DNA of 64,000 nucleotides from an uncultured Chloroflexia bacterium. GTDB taxonomy: Bacteria; Chloroflexota; UBA6077; JACCZL01. A program made the position numbers and the translations under genes. Where the stretch lies: NCBI GenBank assembly GCA_963765765.1, contig CAVXYC010000011.1:23609-87608 (forward strand). The letters are read 5' to 3'. The notes under the pieces are model-generated. The model was not told the origin of the DNA, did no database searches, and saw only the letters and a program-made list of their open reading frames with translations. Every line of letters begins with the position of its first letter. Position 1 is the first letter of the stretch. This document shows positions 55,916-64,000 of this stretch, piece after piece.

Positions 55916-56968
55916 CTACAGCCCGAAGAATCTCCTGGGGTTCGCCTCCAGGATCTGCTCCTGATCAGCCTCCGACAAACCAGAGCGGCGTAGGTCCTCG
56001 ATAGCCGACGGCCAGAGGCCGTTGGGGTCGCCGTGATAGAAGTCGCTGCCCAGCATGAATTGATGGTCGGGCACCAGCCGCACCATGTCGGCGAGGTATG
56101 GCTCTTTGGTGTGCACCGTGATGTAGAAGCGGTCGATGTACTCGCTGGGCATCCGCTCGAGGTGCGTGATCAGTCGCGAGGCCTGGCCGCGCTCCAGATG
56201 GTCCTGGTAGTAAATGTCCAGCCGGTTCATGAGGTACGGCACCCAGCCCACACCGGCCTCGAACATGCCGAATTTCAGCGTGGGAAAGCGATCCAGAGCG
56301 CCGCTGAAAATCAGGTGCGCCATGGTCAGCATGTAGGTGAACGAAAAGCCCAGCGCGGAGCCCAGGAAACCGTACTCGGCGCCGAATCGATCGGCGCCAA
56401 CCAGCGCGGTGTTCAGCGGCTGAGCATCGGAAGTACGCGCCGCTCCGTGCGCCAGCACGGGCACGTCTAGCTCGGCCACCTTCGCCCAGAACGGGTCCAG
56501 CTCACGGCTGCCCAGGTGGAGATCGCCGACCGCACCGGTGACTTTAACCGACCGCAAGCCGAGCGTATTGACGGCCCGCTCCAGCTCCTTGATCGCGCCG
56601 TCGATGTCGGCCAGATAGACCCAGGCCACACCGATGTAGCGATCGTGCCCCTTGATCGCCGCGGCCGTGGCGTCGTTGTAGCCGCGGGCTAGCGAGTTGC
56701 CGATCTCCGGATCGTCCTCATAGATCAGGGGTCGGTTCTCCGGAATGAGCACCTGCCGATCGAATCCGTGGCGGTCCATCACCGCCGTGCGCTTGCTCAG
56801 GTCGTAGCCGTCCTCCGGCATGCTGATCAGCAGTGCGCCCTGCCGCAGCACGTTGATTCGTGTGCCGTTGCGCTGATATTGAATCCAGTCTCGCGCTGCC
56901 GGGCTGTCCACGTGGTCTAGCCACTCCAGCGGCAGATAATGCGTGTCGGCATCGATGTACAGGGTCAT
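55916..56968 (-). CDS. Amidohydrolase family 2 protein
   Basis: IDADTH, YNDA, LDRFPTLK..EAGVGW and GSDFYH motifs. Confidence 0.88.
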   Translation of the reverse strand: MTLYIDADTHYLPLEWLDHVDSPAARDWIQYQRNGTRINVLRQGALLISMPEDGYDLSKRTAVMDRHGFDRQVLIPENRPLIYEDDPEIGNSLARGYNDATAAAIKGHDRYIGVAWVYLADIDGAIKELERAVNTLGLRSVKVTGAVGDLHLGSRELDPFWAKVAELDVPVLAHGAARTSDAQPLNTALVGADRFGAEYGFLGSALGFSFTYMLTMAHLIFSGALDRFPTLKFGMFEAGVGWVPYLMNRLDIYYQDHLERGQASRLITHLERMPSEYIDRFYITVHTKEPYLADMVRLVPDHQFMLGSDFYHGDPNGLWPSAIEDLRRSGLSEADQEQILEANPRRFFGL

Positions 56969-57036
56969 GACGTCGTCTCCCCCTTTGCGCAACCTTGAGC
57001 GCAAGCGTCACTCAGAATAGGCTAGGCTCTCAATCG

Positions 57037-57057
57037 TTGTAACGCATTGCGTTACAA
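57037..57057. promoter_or_regulatory. Perfect palindromic operator overlapping -10 of TA operon
   Basis: TTGTAACGCA-T-TGCGTTACAA; TACAAT at 57053-57058. Confidence 0.72.
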
Positions 57058-57069
57058 TCTCTTGAATCT

Positions 57070-57354
57070 ATGTTGTATGTGCGCCGTCTCACCTGGGACC
57101 CTGGTAACGTGGCGCACATAGCCCGACACAATATCACCCCGGATGAGGTTGAGCAGGTCTGTCATGGCGAACCGATCATCCGACAGAGTTATCTCGGAAG
57201 GCTTCTCGTGATCGGCCCCAATCACGCCAGCCGTATCCTGCTGGTTGTTCTCGATCCCGAGGGAGACGATGCGTATTACGTGGTGACAGCTCGACCGGCG
57301 GATCGGAAAGAGCGACGCACATTTCAAGCTGAGAAGGGAGGTGAGACATCATGA
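57070..57354 (+). CDS. BrnT-family toxin
   Basis: WDPGNVAHIARH..EVEQV..VVTARPADRKERR. Confidence 0.88.
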   Translation: MLYVRRLTWDPGNVAHIARHNITPDEVEQVCHGEPIIRQSYLGRLLVIGPNHASRILLVVLDPEGDDAYYVVTARPADRKERRTFQAEKGGETS

Positions 57355-57647
57355 CCACACGAGAATCACGCACAAAGGTTACGAAGAAGCCAATCCCAGA
57401 TTTCAAGTCGAGGGAGGAAGAGGCGAAGTTCTGGGATACGCATAGCGCGGCCGATTACTGGGACGAGTCGGAGCCCGTCAAAGTTCGCTTGGCCCGGAAC
57501 CTATCTGAAGGGATCACGATTCGTCTGGACCCTGACACCATGCGAGAAGTCCGTGAGCAGGCCAAGAAAAACGGCCTAGGCCCTACGACCTTGATCAGAA
57601 TGTGGGTGTTGGAGCGGCTGCAGGCGGTCCGTCCAACAACACGCTGA
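57351..57647 (+). CDS. BrnA/CopG-type antitoxin
   Basis: IPDFKSREEEAKFWDTH..ITIRL..GLGPTTLIRMWVLERL; ATGA overlap with the toxin. Confidence 0.88.
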   Translation: MTTRESRTKVTKKPIPDFKSREEEAKFWDTHSAADYWDESEPVKVRLARNLSEGITIRLDPDTMREVREQAKKNGLGPTTLIRMWVLERLQAVRPTTR

Positions 57648-57660
57648 TTCGGTCTTCTTC

Positions 57661-58866
57661 TCAGAGCTCCTTCTTGATCCGGATCGCCTCAAGCGGGTCC
57701 GCTGTCCTCTCGGTGAAGTGCCCACCACCCGTCACGTAGAAGCCGGCTCCCTCGCGCGGAATCTCGATGATCTCGTTCTTGTTTGGATCGCGCACCGTGC
57801 CCATCGGGTCCTCGCCACGGGCCACTTTCTCCATCTGCTCCATCAGCACACTTCGATAGAGGATGACGCCCTTGTCGGAGCTGCCTAATCGCTCGGCGGT
57901 CCGATTGGTGATCTCACCCTGGGTGACCCAGGCCATCATGTCCTGACCCAGCACCGTCTCCACAACCAGGCGACCATCGTCGTGTCGGAGCGGAATCTCG
58001 TACGTTGGGATCTCCGTCTGCGGTGCCTCGCCCGGCCGCAACGGCGCGCCGAAGTATGAGTAGTGGCGCGTGTGTGTCTCGTCGACTGGGACGCGGATCT
58101 CGAAGCGCGGACAGGTGGCATCGCCCACGCCCAGGATGTTCGGGAAGACAATCGGATGGCCGACCTTCCAGTGGTCCTCGTCGCCGGTATCGCCCTCCAG
58201 CAGGCGTCGCTTTGAGATGCCGAACTCGAACACGTCGAAGGCGATCTGCAGGTGATGGCGCGGCACGGTGGCCGGCGGTTTACCCTGCCGACCGCGCACG
58301 TAGTTCATGTACTGTGTGTGCAGGTACTCCAGATGCACCGGGTCGAGTGAGTTCTCCATCGCCTGCACCCAGTTGCAGGGCACCTCGGTGATGCCGATCT
58401 CTCGTGACCAGTCCTCGCGAACGTAGAGATCGAAGCGCGGCAACAGCGGAACAGGCGCAGGGCCGAGGTAAGCAAAAATTAGCCCGCCCAGCTCCTGGAC
58501 CGGGTAGGCCGGAATGCGCACGCGATGCTTGAAGGTGCTGTTCTCCGGCTCGGCCGGCTGCTCCAGGCACACACCCTCATCCGAGAATTTCCACCCATGG
58601 TACGGGCAGCGCAAACCGCCGTCCTCGGGGATGCCGTAGACCATCGAAGCTCCGCGATGCGGACAGCGTTCGGCCATGAGGCCTATCTCACCGTCAGGTG
58701 AACGGTAGAGCGCCAGATTCTCTCCGAGAATCTTCACCGCCAGCACCGGCTCCTTCTCTAGCTCGGCGGTGGCGGCTACTGGATGCCAGTAACGTCGCAG
58801 CAGATTTCCCATTGGCGTGCCGGGCCCGACCTGCGTCAGTCGATCATTCGCTTCCTTCGTGAGCAC
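57661..58866 (-). CDS. Rieske non-heme oxygenase alpha subunit (phthalate 4,5-dioxygenase/LigX-like)
   Basis: GPGTPMG..RRYWHP, CPHRG..CPYHGW, ENSLDPVH..LH, QD and LGSSDKG motifs. Confidence 0.9.
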   Translation of the reverse strand: MLTKEANDRLTQVGPGTPMGNLLRRYWHPVAATAELEKEPVLAVKILGENLALYRSPDGEIGLMAERCPHRGASMVYGIPEDGGLRCPYHGWKFSDEGVCLEQPAEPENSTFKHRVRIPAYPVQELGGLIFAYLGPAPVPLLPRFDLYVREDWSREIGITEVPCNWVQAMENSLDPVHLEYLHTQYMNYVRGRQGKPPATVPRHHLQIAFDVFEFGISKRRLLEGDTGDEDHWKVGHPIVFPNILGVGDATCPRFEIRVPVDETHTRHYSYFGAPLRPGEAPQTEIPTYEIPLRHDDGRLVVETVLGQDMMAWVTQGEITNRTAERLGSSDKGVILYRSVLMEQMEKVARGEDPMGTVRDPNKNEIIEIPREGAGFYVTGGGHFTERTADPLEAIRIKKEL

Positions 58867-59170
58867 GGTGCCCTCCTGTGAGTGGAATTGATGAGTGACG
58901 AACTCAGCGGGTGGATGCCAGCGTAGGGTATTGGCTTGTCGCTCAACTCGCTTGAGATTCCCTTGCCATGGCGGCGCTAGCTGTGGGACTCATGCTAGGT
59001 CATGTCGGAGGGCCTGGCAATTGGCACACGGCGCACGGAGCGGGAAGTTGTCTCAACCGTCCAGCATCGTGACACACGACCAAACCCACGCTTGCGTTCC
59101 TGGTACGTTGCGCCTAATGTAGTCACTACCCGCGAGCGGCTCTAATTACTTGCGCATCCAGGAGACCGCA

Positions 59171-60181
59171 ATGACCGAAATTCCAAGAGGGCATCAAGCC
59201 AAGCTTGTTGTCATCGTTACGTTAGCTCTAGCGATGCTTCTGGCCTGCCAGCCGCAACAGTCTCAACCGGTCGCGCCGTTCAAGGTCGGCACCACCGTCG
59301 GAACGGCCACCGAGTGGGGCGTGTTCGCGGGCATTGAGAAGGGTTTCTATGAGAAGGAAGGTCTGAAGGTCGAAGTCGAGACCTTCAGTAATCCCGGCGA
59401 CGTCAATGCCGCGTTGCTGGCCGGGCGCCTGGACGCAGCTGTGGGCTCGCTGGTAGCCCCCGTTCTCGCCAAGGCGCAGGGTGTGCCACTGACCATGGTC
59501 ATGGCCGGGCACAATACGCGCGGTGAGTACAACAACTGGTTTGCCGCGCTGCCCAACTCGAGGGTCAAGACGATCCAGGATCTCAAGGGCGGTAAGATCA
59601 ACACCGTCAGCTCCAGCTTCTTCACCCACGCGGTTGCGACGTCGTACATCTCGCGACAGGGCATACTGAACGATGTGGAGTTCGTGGGCGTGAACTTCCC
59701 GGAAAGCTACGCTGCCCTCAAGTCTGGTCGCGCGGACGTCGCCGCCTTCGTGGAGCCGTTCTTCAGCCTGGGCAATAAGGCCAGCATGGAAGAGTTCGGG
59801 CAGCCGATGCGCGTGATCTTCACCTACGAAGACTCCATGGGCATGGATGTGGTGGCGCTATCCACCCCAGGCCTGGTGACCCAGGACTCGATAACGGCCA
59901 AGGCTGACTCGCTGCGCAAGTACGTGAAGGGAACGCTCGCGGCAAACCAGTGGGGCATGAAGGAAGAGAACCTCAATGAGGTCCACAGCATCATCGTCAA
60001 ATGGACCGGGGCGCCCGAAGAGACCGTCAAAAGCTCGATCCTGCCGCCTCAAACGCTGGACGGCATGTTCCCGGCCAATCAGCTCCGCGTCACCCAGGAG
60101 CTCATGATCCAGGCCGGCCAGCTGAAGATCCCGGAGCCGTATCCGGATGACCAGCTTATCGACACGCGCTTTTTGAAGTAG
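59171..60181 (+). CDS. NitT/TauT-family ABC substrate-binding lipoprotein
   Basis: LLAC lipobox; EKGFYEKEGLKVE, DLKGGKI and GRADVA..EPF. Confidence 0.85.
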   Translation: MTEIPRGHQAKLVVIVTLALAMLLACQPQQSQPVAPFKVGTTVGTATEWGVFAGIEKGFYEKEGLKVEVETFSNPGDVNAALLAGRLDAAVGSLVAPVLAKAQGVPLTMVMAGHNTRGEYNNWFAALPNSRVKTIQDLKGGKINTVSSSFFTHAVATSYISRQGILNDVEFVGVNFPESYAALKSGRADVAAFVEPFFSLGNKASMEEFGQPMRVIFTYEDSMGMDVVALSTPGLVTQDSITAKADSLRKYVKGTLAANQWGMKEENLNEVHSIIVKWTGAPEETVKSSILPPQTLDGMFPANQLRVTQELMIQAGQLKIPEPYPDDQLIDTRFLK

Positions 60182-60239
60182 GCAGGAATGATGTCCGCGA
60201 TCGCATGGCGTGGCGAATCATCCTGCCCAAATTGCGGTG

Positions 60240-60270
60240 CTGTCATCCTGCGCTGCGCTCAGGATGACAG
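60240..60270. repeat. Short REP-like hairpin between SBP and ATPase
   Basis: CTGTCATCCTGCGCTGCGCTCAGGATGACAG. Confidence 0.6.
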
Positions 60271-60297
60271 GGCGATCTGGACATCGGAACCGAGTCG

Positions 60298-61074
60298 ATG
60301 AGCACCGCCATCTCCGATGCCATGCTCATCCAGGACCTCTCGGTCCACTTTGGTGACCTGGTCGCTCTGAACCATGTGAATCTCCAGGTCCGCAACCAGG
60401 AGTTTCTGGTGATTCTGGGGCCGAGTGGATGCGGCAAAAGCACGCTGCTCTCCGTCCTGGGCGGGCTCCAGAAAGCGTCGGGCGGCCAGGTGGTCATGGC
60501 CGAGACTAAGACCGAAAAGCGCCGTAAGCAGATCGGCTACGTCTTCCAGCACGCCTCACTTCTGCCGTGGTTCTCGGTCATGGACAACGTGACCCTCGGC
60601 CTTCGCAGCATGGGCTATTCGCGCAGGGATGCCGAATCGATCGGGCAGGACTACCTGGAGAAGCTCAATCTGACGGGATTCGAGCGGAGCTACCCACACA
60701 CGCTCTCGGGCGGCATGCAGCAGCGCGCCGGCCTGGCCAGGGCGCTGGCCGTCGATCCCGACATCCTGCTCATGGACGAGCCCTTCGGCGCCCTGGACGC
60801 TCAGACGAGGGCGATTCTCCAGGAGGAGCTACTGCGGATCTGGGACACAAATAAGAAGACGGTCGTGTTCGTCACTCACAGCATCGAGGAAGCTGTGCTC
60901 ATGGCTGATCGAGTCGTGGTGATGACGGCTCGACCGGGCACCATCAAAGCAATCGTTGACATCGATCTACCACGGCCCCGCTCGCGTTCCGAGCAGGGCG
61001 CGCAATTCGGCAAGCTCGAGGACCATCTATGGCAGTTAGTGCGAGACGAAGCGAAGAAGGCTTTCACGCTCTAG
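60298..61074 (+). CDS. NitT/TauT ABC ATPase
   Basis: GPSGCGKST, LSGGMQQR, DEPFGALD and VTHS motifs. Confidence 0.92.
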   Translation: MSTAISDAMLIQDLSVHFGDLVALNHVNLQVRNQEFLVILGPSGCGKSTLLSVLGGLQKASGGQVVMAETKTEKRRKQIGYVFQHASLLPWFSVMDNVTLGLRSMGYSRRDAESIGQDYLEKLNLTGFERSYPHTLSGGMQQRAGLARALAVDPDILLMDEPFGALDAQTRAILQEELLRIWDTNKKTVVFVTHSIEEAVLMADRVVVMTARPGTIKAIVDIDLPRPRSRSEQGAQFGKLEDHLWQLVRDEAKKAFTL

Positions 61075-61091
61075 GGCAATCGGGCGGCTCA

Positions 61092-61868
61092 ATGGCCCTG
61101 CGCATCACTGGCACGCGTTGGTTCCGAACACTGGCCACGCTGTGCGCCGTGTTCCTCATCTGGCACGTGGTTGCCTCCATCGTGAACGCGCGCTACATCC
61201 TGCCCAAGCCCGACTCCGTCTTCGCCGCTGGCTGGCAGATCATCGTCAACGGCGAGCTGTTTCGCGATCTCCGGATCAGCCTGCTGCGATCGTTTTTGGG
61301 CTTCAGCATCGCGGTTATCATCGCCGTGCCGGTAGCTATGCTGGCGGCCTGGTGGAAGCTCGTGGACGAGACGGTAGGCTCGTTCATCGAGATCATCCGA
61401 CCCATCCCCGCGCTGGCGCTCATTCCGCTGGTGATCATCTGGTTCGGCTTCGGCCAGGAATCCAAGATCATCCTGATCGCCTACGCCTGCTTCTTCTCCA
61501 TCTATCTCAACACGCACGCCGGGGTCCGTAACGTGGATCCGGCGCATATCCGGGTAATGAAAATCTACGGCAACGGCCAGTGGGACATTCTTACCAAGGT
61601 CGTCCTTTACTCCATGCTGCCGTACACCTTCGCAGGTCTGCGCTACGCGGCCGCGCTGTCACTGATCTTCCTGGTGGCGGTTGAGCTAGTCGGCGCGCAG
61701 GATGGCCTCGGCTACTCGATGGTTCGATCGCAGCAGCTCCTGCAGACCGAGCGCATCTACTTCACGATTCTGGTGTTCGGCCTGCTGGGATTTTTGCTCA
61801 ACAGCATCGTCGTGCTCGTCGAGCGCCGCGTCATCAAATGGCGCCAGGCCGTCGGCGCGCAGATGTGA
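61092..61868 (+). CDS. NitT/TauT ABC permease
   Basis: LPKP, RPIPALALIP..WFGFG and ELVGAQDGLG motifs. Confidence 0.9.
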   Translation: MALRITGTRWFRTLATLCAVFLIWHVVASIVNARYILPKPDSVFAAGWQIIVNGELFRDLRISLLRSFLGFSIAVIIAVPVAMLAAWWKLVDETVGSFIEIIRPIPALALIPLVIIWFGFGQESKIILIAYACFFSIYLNTHAGVRNVDPAHIRVMKIYGNGQWDILTKVVLYSMLPYTFAGLRYAAALSLIFLVAVELVGAQDGLGYSMVRSQQLLQTERIYFTILVFGLLGFLLNSIVVLVERRVIKWRQAVGAQM

Positions 61869-62101
61869 TGCCAATGGACGTAGTGAGCGCTTCAGCGCTT
61901 TTCACGGATGGACGACTAGCGAGCGTAGCGATGCGGCCCGCGATATCGAGAGAGGACGACGGCTGCAATCGCGTCCGCAAGCCGCCTCACTGCGCTGGCT
62001 TCGTGAGAACTAGAAAAAGCGTTGAAGCGCTCCACTACATAGCATGGTCGGCGCAATCGATTCTGAACGCGATAACCGATAGCCAACAAAGGAGAAGACC
62101 A

Positions 62102-63193
62102 ATGCCCGGGGTCATCGACGCTGACACACACATCATCGAGCCTGGCGCCATGTGGGACGAGTTCCCAGCGGAGCTGTACGATCGAGCGGCCGGTGCTGCT
62201 CAAGGCACCCAGCGACACCTTGTACAAGGCATTCAACGCCTTCTGGCTGATCGACGGCAACATCGTCCCGAAGTCGGCCGGCAAGGGCAGTGCGTTTCTG
62301 AGCAGCCCGTCCGCCATGGACGCTCAGGTGGCCCGCACGGACATCGAGCTGCCGGTGCGCGAGTGTACCGACCCGGCGCTGCGTCTGCGTGATCTCGACG
62401 AGAGGGGCGCTGAGGTGGAGGTGATCTACTCCACGCTGTTCGGGTCCAACCTCACCGACGATCCCGAGTTGGATACGGCTCTGTGCTGGTCCTACAACAA
62501 GTTCATGGCCGGCGTCTGGAAGGAAGGGAAGGGCGCGCCTGCGCTGGACCGCCGTGCTACCGCTCACGTCGATCGAGCCATCGATCGAGCAGATGCAGTA
62601 CTCCAAGGAGCACGGCTCGGTGGGCGTCTACGTGCGCGGCGTCGAAGGCAACCACTCGCTCGCGGAGCCGTACTTCTTCCCGCTGTACCAGGTGGCCAAC
62701 GATATCGACTTCCCGATCTGCATCCACACCGGCGCCGGCTCGCCGACGATCTCGTCGGTCTTCGACGTGCGAATCAGTCACACGCTGCCGCACTCGCGTA
62801 TGCTGCCGCTCATGGCGTTCCGCGACATCGCCGCCAACCGGATCCCCGAGAAGTTCCCCAAGCTGAAGTGGGGCTTCATCGAGTCCGGGGCTAGCTGGGT
62901 CCCGTACCTGATCCACCAATTGCGGCGATCGACGCACGGTGATGCAGGGGCGGGATGGACCGGCGCTCTTCCGCGACTACAACTTCTGGATCGCCTGTGA
63001 GGCCGACGAGGACCTGGCGATGCTGCTCAACTACATCGATGAGGACCACATCTTCATCGGCTCCGACTACGGGCACCAGGACCAATCGTTCGAGGACAAC
63101 ATGACGCGCAAGATGCGCAAGCGCACCGACGTCCCGCCTCCGGTGATCGAGAAGATTCTGTGCACGAACGCGCGCGCGTTCTACCCCCTGTAG
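62102..63193 (+). CDS. Amidohydrolase family 2 protein (frame breaks)
   Basis: IDADTHIIEP, CIHTG, FPKLKWGFIESGASW and GSDYGH motifs. Confidence 0.86.
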
Positions 63194-63203
63194 GCGGTCG
63201 ATC

Positions 63204-64000
63204 ATGACCATGAATCAGATAGACGAGCATCCCCTGATCGGTCCCGGTCGCGGCCGGCTGGACGGCAAAGTAGCGATCGTCACGGGCGCGGACAGCGGCA
63301 TCGGTCGAGCCACCGCGCGGCTCTTCGCCCGCGAAGGCGCGCGCGTACTGTGCGCGGACCTGGCCGAGTCCGGGATGAAGCGCATCGATCGTCTCATTGC
63401 CGAGGACGGCGGGCAGGCGGCGTTCATCCAGGCGGACGTGACCAATCGCTCGGAATGCGACGCCATGGTCGCCGCGGCGCTGGAGCAGTTCGGCGACCTG
63501 GACATCCTGGTGAACAACGCCGGCAGCGGCGTGCGCGGCGGCGTGGCCGAGCTGACCGACGAGCAGTGGACCTGGCTCATGAACACCAACATGAACAGCG
63601 TCTTCCACAGCTCGCGCGCCGCGCTGGAGCACTTTATTCCGAAACAGCGCGGCAACATCGTCAACATGGCCTCCAGCCTGGGCATTCTGGTCACCGAGCA
63701 GTACGCGGCTTACTGCGCCTCCAAGGCCGCCGTGATCAACATGACCAAGACCATGGCGTTGGACTACGGCCCCGGCATCCGTGTCAACTGCGTCTGCCCG
63801 GGCGTTACCGACACTCCGCGCATCATGCGCCAGTTCGCCGCCTCCGGCGATCTTCAGGGCGCCATCGAGCGCGCTGCCCAGAACATCCGCGTCCAGAAGC
63901 GCATGGCCCGCCCCGAGGAGATCGCCTACCCGATGCTCTTCCTGGCCTCGGACGAGTCGTCCTTCGTCACCGGCCACGCGTTCGTGGTAGATGGCGGCCA
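63204..64000 (+). CDS. Short-chain dehydrogenase/reductase, runs off window end
   Basis: Missing from the ORF track. LDGKVAIVTGADSGIG, NNAG, YCASK, RVNCVCPG and SSFVTG..VDGG motifs. Confidence 0.92.
   Translation, partial: MTMNQIDEHPLIGPGRGRLDGKVAIVTGADSGIGRATARLFAREGARVLCADLAESGMKRIDRLIAEDGGQAAFIQADVTNRSECDAMVAAALEQFGDLDILVNNAGSGVRGGVAELTDEQWTWLMNTNMNSVFHSSRAALEHFIPKQRGNIVNMASSLGILVTEQYAAYCASKAAVINMTKTMALDYGPGIRVNCVCPGVTDTPRIMRQFAASGDLQGAIERAAQNIRVQKRMARPEEIAYPMLFLASDESSFVTGHAFVVDGG

Noticed and set aside
59020-59040. TTGGCAC as a sigma54 promoter
   Set aside because: No TTGC at the -12 position.
61880-62070. LacI-like half palindromes (TGAAGCGCTCCA, GCAATCGATTC)
   Set aside because: Imperfect, and no LacI gene in the window; too weak to call.
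63054-63977. 307-aa minus-strand ORF
   Set aside because: Typical antisense frame of the SDR gene on the plus strand.

Overview
GC-rich chromosomal window of a free-living, probably monoderm bacterium. Chloroflexota-like is my inference, based on lipoprotein binding proteins with Ala/Pro-rich 'PTAAP' linkers and expanded amidohydrolase, MmgE/PrpD and Rieske families. Many genes carry 1-nt frame breaks, often at homopolymers, which look like long-read indel errors. Contents in order: GH1/flippase/GT2 genes, a decayed NRAMP, DinB-like TIGR03086 proteins, a stand-alone infA, a c-di-AMP riboswitch before an SH3+3D cell-wall protein, rho, a urtABCDE-ureABCFGD operon without ureE, a DEAD-box helicase, a TelA locus and a degraded REC-TrxR/cNMP module. 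Then a GntR-linked array of 2 TctC-like lipoproteins and 4 MmgE/PrpD paralogs, glgC, two transglutaminase-like genes and an AhpD/CMD-like CxxU selenoprotein candidate with a SECIS-like hairpin. The last part holds catabolic genes, orphan binding proteins, a BrnT/BrnA toxin-antitoxin pair, a Rieske oxygenase and a NitT/TauT ABC system. Several unrelated families of intergenic palindromic (REP-like and heptamer-built) elements are present. No rRNA, tRNA, CRISPR array or transposase was seen.
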